62,901 nt of DNA, filler included, from Catajapyx aquilonaris (GCA_000934665.2; 4 parts of 4 records of this genome joined end to end with filler, not necessarily neighbours in it), one strand, 5' to 3'; counted from the first letter of the whole stretch, positions 50,801-62,901 are shown. Notes: generated from the letters alone by a model not told the origin. Made by a program: numbers and translations.

Positions 50801-53800
50801 CAATGCCCATGTAACAATATTAATGAGGGAAAAACGGGTCATCCGTGGGAAACAGGCCTGTTCTGGTGTTCGCTGGAGGGTTTCACATGAGGTCACTATA
50901 GCTGCCAAACCAGAGGCCTAATCCGTCGGAACTGGACAGACCCGGGTGTGTCAATAAATAGGCCTTCTAGTCGGTTCATTGTTGGCCACAGTTGGCGCAA
51001 CTGAGGCAGGTCAACAGGCAGAGTTGTTTAGTTACCAGTAAATAAATAGTTCTTGTAGAGTCAGGACATGCCTTACTCAGGAGGCCTGTTCCAGGGCCGC
51101 CCAAGGGCTTCTAGGGTTCTAACAGTACAGTCTGCATTGGGCATTCTCTCATTAATTGGTACATGCATGGGCATTGGACCTAATATCAGCAGGTGCTAAG
51201 ACTGGTAACTAAACAACGCTGCCTGTTGACCTGTCTCAGTTGCGCCAACTGCGGCCAACAATGAACAGACCAGAAGGCCTATTTATTGACACACCCGGTC
51301 CAGTTCTGTCCAGTTCCGACGGATTAGGCCTCTGGTTTGGCAGCTAGTGACCTCATGTGAAACCCTCCAGCGAACACCAGAACAGCCTGTTTCCCATGGA
51401 TAACCCTTTTTTCCCTCATTAATTGTTACATGGGCATTGGACCTAATATCAGCAGGTGCTATTCCCGATTCTCCAGAAAGTGTCTCTTATTGATCTCTTA
51501 GCAACGACCTGCTTATAAACAAGCAGCTTGCTGATTTTTCCAATAACTGTTGGTGCCATAGAGTTGGATCACCCTGTATAGTGGCATGCACACCAGGATA
51601 TGCCCTATGTACAAAGTTCACGCGCCTACATGTGGCACCCATTACCCTGTATCCACCCTTTTTGAAGAAAAAAAATGTCTAAAATGGAGTACAGCACCAG
51701 TCATTTCAAGTTACAAGTAATAAGTTATTGTTCTGGTATGTTGTACATTACGATTGTTACAACTTGCCCCACGTGCTTTGTTACAACTTGCCCCACCCCC
51801 ACTCTAGAAACAAATTCATCAGATTGCAGTTTTACCCAACAATGTACTTGTTTCTAGTCATGCGATTAGATTCTACATGATTCGAGCTGATTCGAGCTCC
51901 AAAGTAATATAATGTACCGTATATCTCACTAACTTGCCACACAACACTACACATGCGACCTGCAGTAGCAAGAATGGAGAGATGAAAAACGTGTGAAAAA
52001 ATTTACTAAGGTACTTGAAAAACACAAAATAGGCGATATTTCCTGAGCTCCGAAATACACACCGAGCAAGCTTCCGCCACAGGAAGAGAGGGTGTTTTTC
52101 GTGATTCTGACCAAATTCTAGGTTGGCCAGAAAACAACTGCCGAAGAAAATGCGAGTGGTATACAACGTATACAACTAGCTCCACTCTCCCCTACGTATA
52201 AAACTGACTAGTATGCGTCAAGGACTATATTACAAAATACTGTACACGTGTACCTAACTCCATTGAGATCAAAATATGACTCGGCTCGTTCTGCATTATT
52301 TTCAAGTCTTCACTTGCATAATTTCTAAAACATGTAGGCTACATAGGTTAAGAAGAATTTCACTGATTAAGGCTTACTGATTAAGCACGGTTCCATCTCA
52401 AACGTCAATGGTGGATTCACAAACAGGTGCAAAATAATAATATGCTTGCTGCAGATGGGTTGTAAGTTGTTGATGGCAACGGTAACGAAAATAATACTTT
52501 GCAACCTACTTGAAATCCGCAACTTAATTGCACCCATTTGGGAAACCAGCCGGAGAGCAAAATATCAGTCAGCTCACGCCAGCATGCTGTGCTCAAAAGA
52601 AAATGCTGAATTAATAATTAATTCATTTAATGATTGTTTTTTCAGGCCCTATTTGAGCTTGTGAGTCATGAGTTGCCAAGTGGTACCAAAAGGACTTATA
52701 CTGGGTCTGACCAACGTGCTCGTCTCGCAAATGAAAAGGAATATGGCATTTGGATTAGTATGGCCAAATACGGACCATGGGGTATACTGCCCTTTTTCCG
52801 CATCAAGAAAGTCCTAGATGACAAGCATGAGGAGGTAGGCATCATTGAAAGAGCTGTATAGGGATGATGGTAAAGAAAGACGCAGTCTTGGATCTGGTGG
52901 ATATATCGTAAACATGCAAAGAGAACCTCATGATGAGGAACAAGTCAAAGCTCATGTTCAAATTGGCGTTTTTTTTTGGACCTCACGAACTATTATAAAT
53001 GCTTTCGGCGAGATTTTTAGTTCATAGAACTGAGTTGCTCGGGATGCTGAATACAACATTTGTAAGGCCAGAAATTGTGAATTGTGCAATTTATTACCAC
53101 CCTATCAGAGTGTCAGTTCCCTTTATTGTTTATTCCACAAGCTTCTTGGGTCCGCAGTCCGCACCCCCTGAGACTTCATCGATCTCGCACTCCCTTAGTA
53201 GAGTGTAGAGGTGAGTGCACCCCAGGTTAAGAACCCCACAACACCTTGTCTAACAGTCTAACAGATGGACACTGACTCAATTTGCACATTATAACTTACC
53301 TCCAACAATAGGATGGGGGTAAAACGTGATGAATTCGCGCATGCTTATTTCCACTGATAGATTCGGATCTGCGGGAGGATAATAATTATTATGGAGCGTA
53401 TGGAGCGTGCATCACGCGCAATTGGAGGGAATAATCCATCACTTTTTCACCCTGCCCATTGTTGGTGGTGTCAATAACTTAGGCAGTATGATGTGATGTA
53501 GACCGACTTATTCTATGGAAGTTACACTTCATTAATGTTGTGGTGGTGATACACATGGTCATTCACACGACGCGACGCAACGCTGAGAAAACCAGGCCTG
53601 GTGCGGAACCCGCCCACTTTTTGGTTGCTATATAGGTATAGGCCTATACTGCAAGTACTCGTTTTACGTCGCTCCATTTTACGCCGTTTCCCATCAACGA
53701 CATTTAAATTAAAATTAAAATGACATTTCACAAAATTTTAATTTAAAAATTGTTAAAAATTTGATGATACACTAACAACACAATCTGAACATAAACACAT

Positions 53801-56800
53801 CACTGCAACACTTCTGAGTGAATGTAAACACACGACCATAAGTGCTCTTTTTTGCTTTTCATGGTGCCTTGGTGCGGGGTCTATCGATAAATACAGTACC
53901 GTATTGTTGGTCTCGTAACTCTCTGAAGTCTGTTAAATACCCTACGTTAACTGCCGTTCATGCCAAAAGAAGGGAAAAGAGACCTCGGAACCCGATGACC
54001 CTCAAGTTGGAACCTCCGATTAAATGTGCACAATACATGATTCAAATCTCACTCATTTACTTCCATTATAATTTTGTCTCGCTTTACGCCTTTTCACTTT
54101 ACGCCACATTTTGCTGGAACCAATAAATTACCGGCGTAAAACGGGTACTACCTGTATTACAGCCAAATCTATAGGCTGCCAGCCCTTACGTGATCGTTTT
54201 GTTTACCAACTCCTAGTCAACAGAAATCTGCCAAACGCACCTCTGGAACCTCACTATTTCCAAGTTTCCATGAAAATCCCCTCACACAACAATATGAGTA
54301 AACAGTTTCAACAAATAAGAACAATGTTATTGAGCCCAGATTCCCATAGAGCCCAAATTCTTGATCATCCGATTTCATGACAACATGGATGAATGATATT
54401 GGTACCAAACAAAAGAGCATGACAAGATATACCGATATAGCATTAATCTGTGTTGACATTAAATCGATCAGATGACCAACATTCCAAGTAGTTGGTAATA
54501 GCGAACATATAGCAATCAATAGTGGGCCGGTTCCGGACCGGTTCTGTTTTCCTCAATGATGCTGTCCATATCACCATTATGTAGCAAGATATTGTCAAGA
54601 CGTGTATTTTCTGTTACGGATTCTTACTATTGAGTTTAATAGTTGGACAGGTTGGGGGTAGGAGTGAATTTTTAAACGGAAAGAAACAGTCAAAGAATAC
54701 AAGGAATATATTATGCAGAGAGACAGGCAAAGTTTACGTCTTTATATTGGCCATGGATGATAACAACTGGTTGTCGCAAAACCGTAACACGGGGACCGGG
54801 CTGTGTGAAGAATCTTCTGCCTTCCTCCTCGTGTGCCTTCTAACATGTAAATATCCGGGTTCAAACCTATACCTAAAGGTTCTGCCGTTACATGCAGCAC
54901 TTAAGCCTCAGTTCAGTGAAACCTGTCAAGTTGGACACCTTAATAAGTTGGCCACCTCCCTATGCTGGACATTATTTTTGGAACCATCAAAAAGTCTATG
55001 CCCTGTAATGTTGCTAAGTTGGACACCTGTCTAACTTGGAAGTTGGACACTTTTTCCCTCTTACGTTGGGCAAGTGCAGTACAATTTACACATTTACTCT
55101 ACACTCTACAATCATGTATTCTCGATTTTTTTTTCTAAAAACTTGAGCCATTCTGAGCACCTCATACATATTTTGTGAAGCATGTCTTCAAGTCTTCAAA
55201 TGACATTGTCAACTGTATGACAATATCCTGACAAGTGCAGATAAATATGGTGGCAATGCAGATGAGGTGCTGAATTAGGTATTGCAGGATACACCAAGTA
55301 ATAATCATATGAAGGCACTGTAAATGAGAACTTTATGCTTTGGTATGCCACTCTTATTGACGACATTTTTGCTGCCCAAAAGAAAATTGAAATTTCTCTG
55401 ATTAAACCAGTCACTATAGTTACCGATTTATGAATTAAAATGTAGGCCTGTTTCAGAAATTGTATTTACACTCTGCTGTACTGTACCGAAAATAAGAAAA
55501 CACGCATTGGAGTTGATTACTGGAAGATCACTGTAGAGTACTTACTCGTACATTACTACTGCTCGGGTTTCATGTCTTTCAGGGATTATAATCGCACAAC
55601 AGCAACATTAAAATTTTTTGGTGAAAGTAACGAAGGTTTTTTTAAATGCCAGGAAAGCATCCAGGCATACTACTGTATACAAGTAGGGAGGCACACGTGT
55701 CTACAGTAGTAGTTCTATAGAGTATAATTTTAAAGTGACTTACTCAACTGATCTGACTCTATAGAACTCTTTATTATGCGTTGCAGAAACGCTCTCGTGG
55801 ACCTGGTTGTTATGAAATTGCACGTTGGCCGGAAAATATTCCATCTCACGGAGTGGTCGAGTGGTCCAGAAACAAAGGACGGAGGTTCAAAAAACCCCCA
55901 CCTTCTACAAGCCCTGGCCCAGCCTTTTACAGCCCTAAAGAACCAAAGTCAACAGCGAAGGAACCGAGAGAGAAATCATTCCGTTGCCTGATGAATCCCC
56001 ACGCTCCGGAGCGCCAGATTTGGGGTCCTCTGAAGATGACCCACGTGGGGCCAGGGTGGTATAAATACGTGGATGCCACGAGCGCCTTCCTAGCCAGGGG
56101 AAGACATGGTCCGATGCATATGTGCACTGCTCCCAGGTCAAAGTATATGGGTGAGTGATATACCGACTAGTATGGATTCTCCCCCCGCTCTCTCTTTCTT
56201 TGGATACCATATTCAAACGATAAATTCGCCTCTTTTTCATTTTAATTTCAATTTATAAATTCATAATCTATTTTTAAGGTTATGGTTTAATGTGCACAAG
56301 ATTTGTTGTAAGTCATATCTAATGAGAACAGAACGATGGCTCTTCTTACAGCGCTTTTTAAAGACTATGAGATAAAATGGATAAAATGTAGGCTACACTT
56401 CACATTATACACAACCGGCCCTAAGTATCCTCCTGAGACCCGAAGTCCAATATATATTGGACATCCGGATTTAATTATTTACTGGCTTCCTATTATTATT
56501 ATTATATGGATTATTATATGGATGTATGATATGGATTTATGATATGGATTATTATATGGATTATTATATGGATTATTATATGGATTATTATATGGATTAT
56601 TATATGGATTATTATATGGATTTATTATTTTTTTGAATTGATACCCCGTGCTCGAGCCTTCGGCTCGTTTAGGGGGGTGGCATACCACCATCAGTTTTCT
56701 GTTTTTTCTTCAATCTCCGTGCAAGGGCTGGTTCAGGATATAGGGTAGGGAAAGGGATTGTTGGGGAGGGGACACTTGTGCAAGTGCATTGTCCTATGGC

Positions 56801-59181
56801 TTTTGGGCCATGTGCAGTCCCCCAGGAGGTTAGGTTGCCAGACACCTCCTTGGTGCTGGTCAGAGACCCTCCCGACGCAGGTGAAAGGAAGTTCCCCAGG
56901 CGGGGATCGAACCTGGGGCCTTTCACTCAGCAAGCCGAGACGGTACCATCTCGGCCACCACACCTCCCCCTGGATTTATGATATGGATTATTGATTATTA
57001 TATGGAGCAGATCCGAATAGCACTAATATGTAAGTTCGAGTGGTACTCAAGATATGGTGCCAGAGCGAAAAAATACTCTAGTTACTCTGGTAAGCAAACT
57101 TAACAGCTTTCCATGACAAAATGGCGTTTCGATCATAAAGACAATTAAACGACAAAATTAAGTGTAGACAATATGGTATATTTATCTTTGTCTTCATGCA
57201 GAAATGAATTTTTCTGAATTTTTTAAATGATCACTACTACATGGAATAAAAACTTTCAGGATATTGTACTTTCTTCTCCTTGCAATTAAAAAAAAATCAT
57301 TGAAAAATAAAGAGAAGGAATATTATGGCTAACACCCAATGTCCAATATATTGGACATCTAATTTTGCAATAAGTGATTGCAACAAAAATACGAAATTAT
57401 TAAAAATTGCTTCTACCCCTCCACTACAAAGGGTTCTTTCCAAGTACAGTATTACTAAATAATTGCACCGATGGCCTCTCGGGTCTCAGGAGGGTATAAT
57501 AAATCTTCTATAAGTCGAACTTCCCTAAGTCGAAGTTCTCTATAAGTCGAATAAAATGATGAGCTTGGTTGGTCACAATGTAAAAGAATAGGAAATAAAC
57601 TTCCCTAACTCGAATTTCTACAACTCGAAGTTCTCCATAACTCGAAGTGCAGGCAGGGCCTTACAATGGGATATCAATGCATTTTCAGTCTCCCTAAGTC
57701 GAAGTTCATGTTGGCGAGTATGGAGAATTTTCTCATTTCCCAGCCGAAGGGTCGAGAGTAGGCCACACGTACAGAAAGGCTCAATTTCCTTATCTCCGTC
57801 TACCAGACGTACCGAAAGAAGTGTTTGACTCGATTGTGACAATTTATTGAATCCTTGAATCTAAGAGTAGGCAAATGTCCATAACGGAGTTTTTTTTACA
57901 CCAAAACAATGAGGAACATTGTAAGTGTGATAGTGACAGTTATTTTTAAGTTATGAACACCTTTAGTCGCTGGATATAAAGGTCGGCTTCCTTGCAGAGT
58001 TATGTGCTTTAAAAAAGCCAAACTTCTCTAACTCGAATCTTCTATAACTCGAAGTTTTTTCCGGTCCCATGGAGATTTGACTTATAGAAGTTTTACTGTA
58101 TTATGCAAAATACTTCATCGTTTCTTCGCCCAGAATGCTGTACAAATAATGGAAAAGTATCCACTTAACAGGCAATAGTGAACGACGAGTGCCAGCTACA
58201 TGTCCGACTGGCCCAGCGGACTACACTATGCCCATACCTTATGAGAGCATGAGACACCCAAACCACGCGCATGCCGGTGTGTGGAGTAAAATGTCAAGAA
58301 ACGCTATCAAGGGTTCTCGTCACGTCATAGTCAACGGGCCTCTAGTGCCTCGCAAGGTCAGTAACTGACTTATGATTGTGCCAAGCTGCTCTGAATTTGA
58401 TTATTATTTTGTGTTAAACAGAGTGATTACCTGGCGCATGTAGGCATGTACGAATCGAAGAGTCCACCAAAACACCCGAGTGCTTACAAGTATCCCTTCA
58501 GCACCACCGGCAGTAGATCCAGGAAGGATAAAACTGCGGTGAGTCAGATTGCTTTATTTCTGCACATAATGCAGGATGTTCCCATTTCATATTGAATCAG
58601 AGAAACTTCGGTGGTGAACTCGGCATCAAATGATCACATATGATATGTTGAGGTGTAAATGTATCTTAGCAGACTTGTTACCTACAGATAATGGGCTCTA
58701 GAAGCAAGACAAGAAATATCTTGGCAGCATCATCCGCGCTCCATCTTGCCTTTTTCATTATTTTATGGAAGTCCAAGACTAAAATGCCATTTTATTAGGT
58801 GTGGTGGACTATCACCAATGGAAATAATGTCGTAGGGTGTATCCGGGACATAGGAGAGGGTAGGATGAACACTTTAATTAATTATTATCAGTAAAACAGT
58901 ACCGGTATCTCAATGATGTGGTTGAGGACGACAAGTGGCACTTGTACCGTACATCATATACTGTAGTGTAGAGTGTAGAGTGATCCCTGATGCCAAGAAC
59001 TGGATCCTGTATAAGTTTTTCTGAATCATTATGAAACATCATGTAGGCTACTGTACACATGTCACGTAAAATACAGGGAATACGGGGGAAGGGGGGGGGG
59101 GTGATGAGAACTATTAAACTTACAGGGTGGTTTTCAGAAACACATACAAATAATAATAATTCCCCCTATATAATAATAATA

Positions 59182-59243
<62 letters not shown>

Positions 59244-61360
59244 GCTTAAAATACTACATAACATAACATAACATCATAATATTATATCTTACCTAAAAGG
59301 CTAAGTCTCTCCTTCCAAAGTTTGCCTGTCAACATTAATAGTAGGTAGGTAGCCTAGTAAGACTAGTAACCATATGGTTCATCACTTTCCGCGTTAACAA
59401 TCAATCGGAGAACATTTGGCTGTCAAAGAAGGATAGGACCCATGTCAATGGAGGCGAGACACGAGCTGGTCATAGCGTCCTGGTGGGCTTTGCCCGAGCG
59501 GAGACTCATCAGTCATCGCCAAAGAACGGATGTCTAGGTTTTTACCTACTCTTTATTTTGTAGGCAGAACACGAGAACGTAAATATCTATCCGTTTCATA
59601 ACACAAGGACCTCAAAAATCGTAGTTCAGTTTATAAAACCTAAAATTGCCTATTTAGGACGTTGGGACATAAATGGCCTATTAGGGCCTATTTTCACCTA
59701 TTTACGCCTTTTTGACGCCTTTTTCTAAGATTTTCGGCAGTCTTTACGTGTTTTCCGTTCAAGTCATTCCTCCGCCCTCTTGAACCTGATAGCGAAGAAG
59801 CTGTAGCCTACAGACATGCCGGATGAACTGGCTGTGCAAGACATTTAACCTTTTAAGAATGATCCAGTTGCTTTGTGTGACGTCGAAAGGTCATTTTCAG
59901 CGTACGTATAAAGTTGTACTGTCACACAGGCATCGCCGATATATAATAATAATAATAATTATAAACTAAAATATGGAGCAAATGCTAATTTGTTACTCTG
60001 CCGCAAAATTCTATGGCCAAGAGTATATACAGGGTGTTTCAACTTTTTTGTCCGAACGGTTATCGGAAAAGCCTATGTATCTTCTAACTATGTAGCCAGA
60101 ATATGCCCCAACATTCCTGGCACATCCCTCAACTGTTGAGGGATGTGCCAGGAATGTTGGGGCATATTCTGGCTACATATAGCTAGAAGATATACATAGG
60201 CTTTTCCGATAACTGTTCGGACAAAAAAGTTTAGACACCCTGTATAGGCTGTATATTGCATGGGACTGAAAATAAATTAGGACCTGCTTGATTTTTATGG
60301 CCTGTTCAAGAGCCTATTTTAACTGTTTTCAGGACCTAAATGCCTACCTATCTCAGGGTTTTTTAGAATCTAGAAATCCGTTCTTTGGTCATCACCTACT
60401 ACTACGTGCATGTAGTAATACTTTTCTCCTATAAGCGCGGCAGTACTGTGCAGAGGGACAGCCTATGCATCAACTGCGGTAGGGGCCTATGTACAGTACT
60501 ACTTCCAAGTGGGGGGAGGGGAGGGGGGGGATTTGGCAACGGGTCGAACTAGTAAATAAATAAAAGATACTGAATCAATTTAGTACAACCGCTTGTATAT
60601 AATTAAAAAAGGACTTGGCAAATGTCAGACAACCACCATCTATAGGCCTAAGCATAACACGCGTTATGCTTATAGATGGTGGTTGTCTGACTAGTCTGTC
60701 ACCTGATATGCTCATGTGTACTATCGCTTCTACCGGTATACACTGCATTGTTTCTTACAGGGATCGTCATCGGTTCCTCCGGCACGCTACGAGCCTTACA
60801 AGTTTGAGCAAACCCAGAGTGTCAACGCCCATGAGAGCTTGTTCCAATCGAAGAGCGTCAGGTTCAAACAGGTCGCGGTAAAGGCACCTGAGTTAGGGAC
60901 GGGAGCGCTTCTCTCCGAACTTGGCCAGGCTGATCGAGCTAAAGCGCTTGCAAAAAAGAGGGAAGAGAGGGATCGCCGGTTGATTGCGTGGGCAAATAAC
61001 ATGCGCAAGAAGAAGGAAGAGAAAGACAAGAAGGCTGGCGAAGAATGGATTGTTCTTGACAAAAAAGAAAAGCAGCAAATGGCTGTGAAGGAGGCTCCCA
61101 TCAAGGAGGCCGTCAGGAAAATACTGAGTGAGTGCAAACTGAAGGCGAAGTCTATCTTCCCAAGGAGGGCCACCGACGCAGATCAGGGAGCAGGAAAAAA
61201 ACATTCCGAAGCTTATGACACTCCTCTGAGTCAGAATCGCCGTCACACCATCACGGACTCTGTGTACGGTGATTATGACCAATGGCCAGATCCACACCTA
61301 TACGCTGAAAAGTTTTGCAGCCTCGAATCGCCTCTTGCCTCGAAGTATTTTCGTACATAA
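47896..61360 (+). CDS. LEXM: LEXM/CIMAP2-like SHIPPO (PG-rich)-repeat ciliary/sperm-tail microtubule-associated protein, 529 aa, 6 exons
   Basis: Exons 47896-48030, 52646-52834, 55787-56150, 58172-58356, 58422-58538, 60761-61360. All introns are GT-AG and phases are consistent (1590 nt). N-terminal APFxSxxHRF motif; repeats GPGCY, SPGPAFY, VGPGWY, TGPADY, VPPARY; K/E-rich tail. Orthology is from recalled motifs only. Confidence 0.8.
48220..49640. mobile_element. Complex fold-back element(s) with direct and inverted subrepeats in LEXM intron 1
   Basis: Arms about 48580-49065 and 49085-49640 are inverted (GAGGACCATAACTCGGAG vs CTCCGAGTTATGGTCCTC); 48230-48560 repeats 48620-48890 directly. Confidence 0.7.
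49736..50241. mobile_element. MITE with AATT TSD (Sola-like)
   Basis: AATT|GAAGGGTTTCGTGCAAAAACCGGACAAGTC...GACTTATCCTGTTTTTGCACAAAACCATTC|AATT. Confidence 0.7.
50266..52192. mobile_element. pogo-like non-autonomous element hosting a nested fold-back
   Basis: GGAGAGCGGGGCTAGTTGTA / TACAACTAGCTCCACTCTCC ends; repeated TTACAACTTGCCCC subterminal motifs. Confidence 0.65.
50664..51576. mobile_element. Tc1-like fold-back MITE, ~910 bp
   Basis: TA-CAGGGTGATCCAACTCTATGGCACCAA...TTGGTGCCATAGAGTTGGATCACCCTG-TA; ~375-bp arms. Confidence 0.9.
56428..57495. mobile_element. TIR element (CCTCCTGAGACCCGA ends) carrying a 12-bp tandem array and a SINE
   Basis: CCTCCTGAGACCCGA / TCGGGTCTCAGGAGG; GTCCAATATATTGGAC subterminal palindromes at both ends; (ATATGGATTATT)n at about 56503-56625. 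Confidence 0.65.
56642..56970 (-). mobile_element. tRNA-derived SINE
   Basis: Minus strand: A-box TGGCCGAGATGG and B-box GGTTCGATCCCC; 3' hairpin CGAGCCGAAGGCTCG shared in form with 44992 and 34101. Confidence 0.75.
57505..58100. mobile_element. pogo/Tigger-like MITE
   Basis: Repeated CTATAAGTCGAA/CTAACTCGAA motifs; 3' end GACTTATAGAAGTTTTACTG-TA. Confidence 0.6.
59170..59241. repeat. (AAT)n microsatellite
   Basis: Directly visible. Confidence 0.97.
59518..60389 (+). mobile_element. Deleted hAT-like element
   Basis: CCAAAGAACGGAT / ATCCGTTCTTTGG TIRs; remnant CDVERSFSAY (hAT C-terminal ERxFS) at about 59875-59905; GCCTA-rich subterminal repeats. Confidence 0.7.
60030..60242. mobile_element. 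213-bp near-perfect hairpin MITE (Tc1-like ends)
   Basis: TA-CAGGGTGT...ACACCCTG-TA, symmetric around CCCTCAAC-T-GTTGAGGG with a 1-nt centre. Confidence 0.92.
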
Positions 61361-61639
61361 CATGAGTCGGAAAGCTGTCAAAATTTCTGATGTCAAGATG
61401 TTTCCCTTTACCGTCTAGTGTGATGCTAATTACCACTAAACACGACATCAAAATGAGCTAATTTTAGAAATTGAAAGCACTGTACGTGGTGAGCCCAACC
61501 TTTCATTGCTCAAAATTTAAAATCCATCTATCAGAATAAATGCGATGAAACCTGCATTGGAATTATTTTACAAATAATATGAAACCGTCAAATTTCGTCC
61601 CACACAATCGAAGGGCCACCAGGTGGGAGGGAGTATAAT

Positions 61640-62720
61640 TACGAGGGTTGTCCGATAATTATTGACAACACTGTTACCACTCAGCACCCCAGGCTACCAG
61701 GACCGAATGTGGATAGACTGAACATTTAAAGTCAGCCCTGGGTAACCCTACGATACCATTAGCCCCCNNNNNNCCCCCCCCCCCACACACACACACACAC
61801 AGTTCTGTTCTGAATTAGCTGTTGGGACGCGAAAATTCAACTTTTCGAAGCTAGTGTGAACTAACCTAACCTAACCATACCATACCTAACCTACCCTAAC
61901 CTAACCTAACCTACCCTATCCTACCCTACCTAATCTACCCTACCCTAACTCACCTAGGCTGAGAAAAATGGACTTTTGTGAAACCCTACGAATGAAAATA
62001 GTGGGGACATGTCCCCACTATTTTCTTCACGTCCCCAGTGTAATACGTAGTACGCAGCGCGTGTGTGCATGAGTGGGGACCTGAAAATGTCCCCACAATT
62101 AAATTGTGGGGACACACGTCCCCACAGCTATAGTAAAATATAAAAAAACACAAACTACCGTCCCCTGAGCTAATATATTGAAGACCTGTACACACCCACG
62201 CACGCACGATCGCCCTAAGACAGCCCTGTTCATCAAGATCCCTGTTTCACGTGGAAAATCTGCCAGACAGCAACATCAAGATCTTGTGCAGACGTGTGTG
62301 GTGACTCTGCCTCCCGTATCGTCCATTGTGAGGTTCGTACAAGCTTTTAAAGAAAGCCCCCTCCCGTACTGCAACGGACCCGACCCATGTCGAAGCTGTG
62401 ACAACTACGCCGGATATGGACGGTTGATCGACCTGCATGGAATTGGCAATGGGAATTGGAAATCACCATCAATACAAAAGTGCAACATCATCTCCGCCCA
62501 GAAATTCGCCTTAAGATGAAGGATTTGTTGCAGGGGGAACCCATTGTCTTTCAGGACAACCTTTTCTGGCATGTGGCCATTGCTGTTCGGAAATTTTCTT
62601 CAGAAATGGGAAGGGAGCTGTTGGAACATCCTCCATATTCATCTGACATGAGTACTGTACATATGACTACGATCAACTACAAAAATGAAGGAACCCGGCT
62701 TTCGTTTCTGTACAACTGTA
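61640..62720 (+). mobile_element. Decayed mariner element interrupted by the 61800-62188 insertion
   Basis: TACGAGGGTTGTCC 5' end; remnants QHHLRPEIR...PIVFQDN..WHVA and LLEHPPYSSDMS (cf. HDNARPH, HPPYSPDL). Confidence 0.75.
61800..62188. mobile_element. Element flanked by (CA)n that carries degenerate (CCTAA)n and GTGGGGAC/GTCCCCAC palindromes
   Basis: Imperfect TIRs (CAG..CT..TTC..ATTAGCT..GGGACG); CCTAA/CCTAC array 61860-61955; repeated GTGGGGAC..GTCCCCAC. Confidence 0.6.
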
Positions 62721-62901
62721 CAAGGTGTAACAGAGTCACGGGTCAAGCGAGTGCGAGGGGGTGGGGAAACATCGTAGGTGGCGACAACCCCGGTCGGTTT
62801 TATAAAACAATTAGAAATACGGCAGTAATCAATTTATTTATTACGGTCTACGACGTGACGTCACGTCCAATCAGTTTGAATCGAGTCGGGCGGGCTGGCA
62901 A

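Noticed and set aside
126..61360. Methylation-themed cluster (SAM synthetase plus PRMT1 partner CHTOP)
   Set aside because: The genes lie on different contigs joined by artificial spacers.

Overview
Repeat-rich eukaryotic nuclear DNA, probably arthropod/hexapod (inferred from spliceosomal genes, a cuticle-type ZP protein, mariner/hAT relics, tRNA-SINEs and TTAGG-type repeats). The window is not one contiguous locus. Three identical 100-nt spacers (44 N + TTAATTAATTAA + 44 N) cut it into four ~15.6-15.7 kb pieces, so adjacency across spacers is probably artificial. I reconstructed one spliced host gene per piece by hand: (1) the first coding exon of S-adenosylmethionine synthetase (minus strand, 126-257); (2) a complete 9-exon, 443-aa ZP-domain membrane protein (17058-24506); (3) a CHTOP/Fop-like RG-rich gene with no evident AUG upstream of its conserved N-terminal motif and no intact C-terminal FoP repeat (34557-36352); (4) a 6-exon, 529-aa LEXM/CIMAP2-like SHIPPO-repeat protein (47896-61360). 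The rest is mostly transposon DNA. It includes a DD83E Sailor-type IS630/Tc1/mariner transposase whose single intron is bounded by a 14-bp direct repeat, and more than a dozen fold-back (near-palindromic) MITEs. There are also hAT, mariner, LINE, SINE, Helitron and solo-LTR relics. No CRISPR array or prokaryotic system is evident. Family assignments come from recalled motifs, not database searches.
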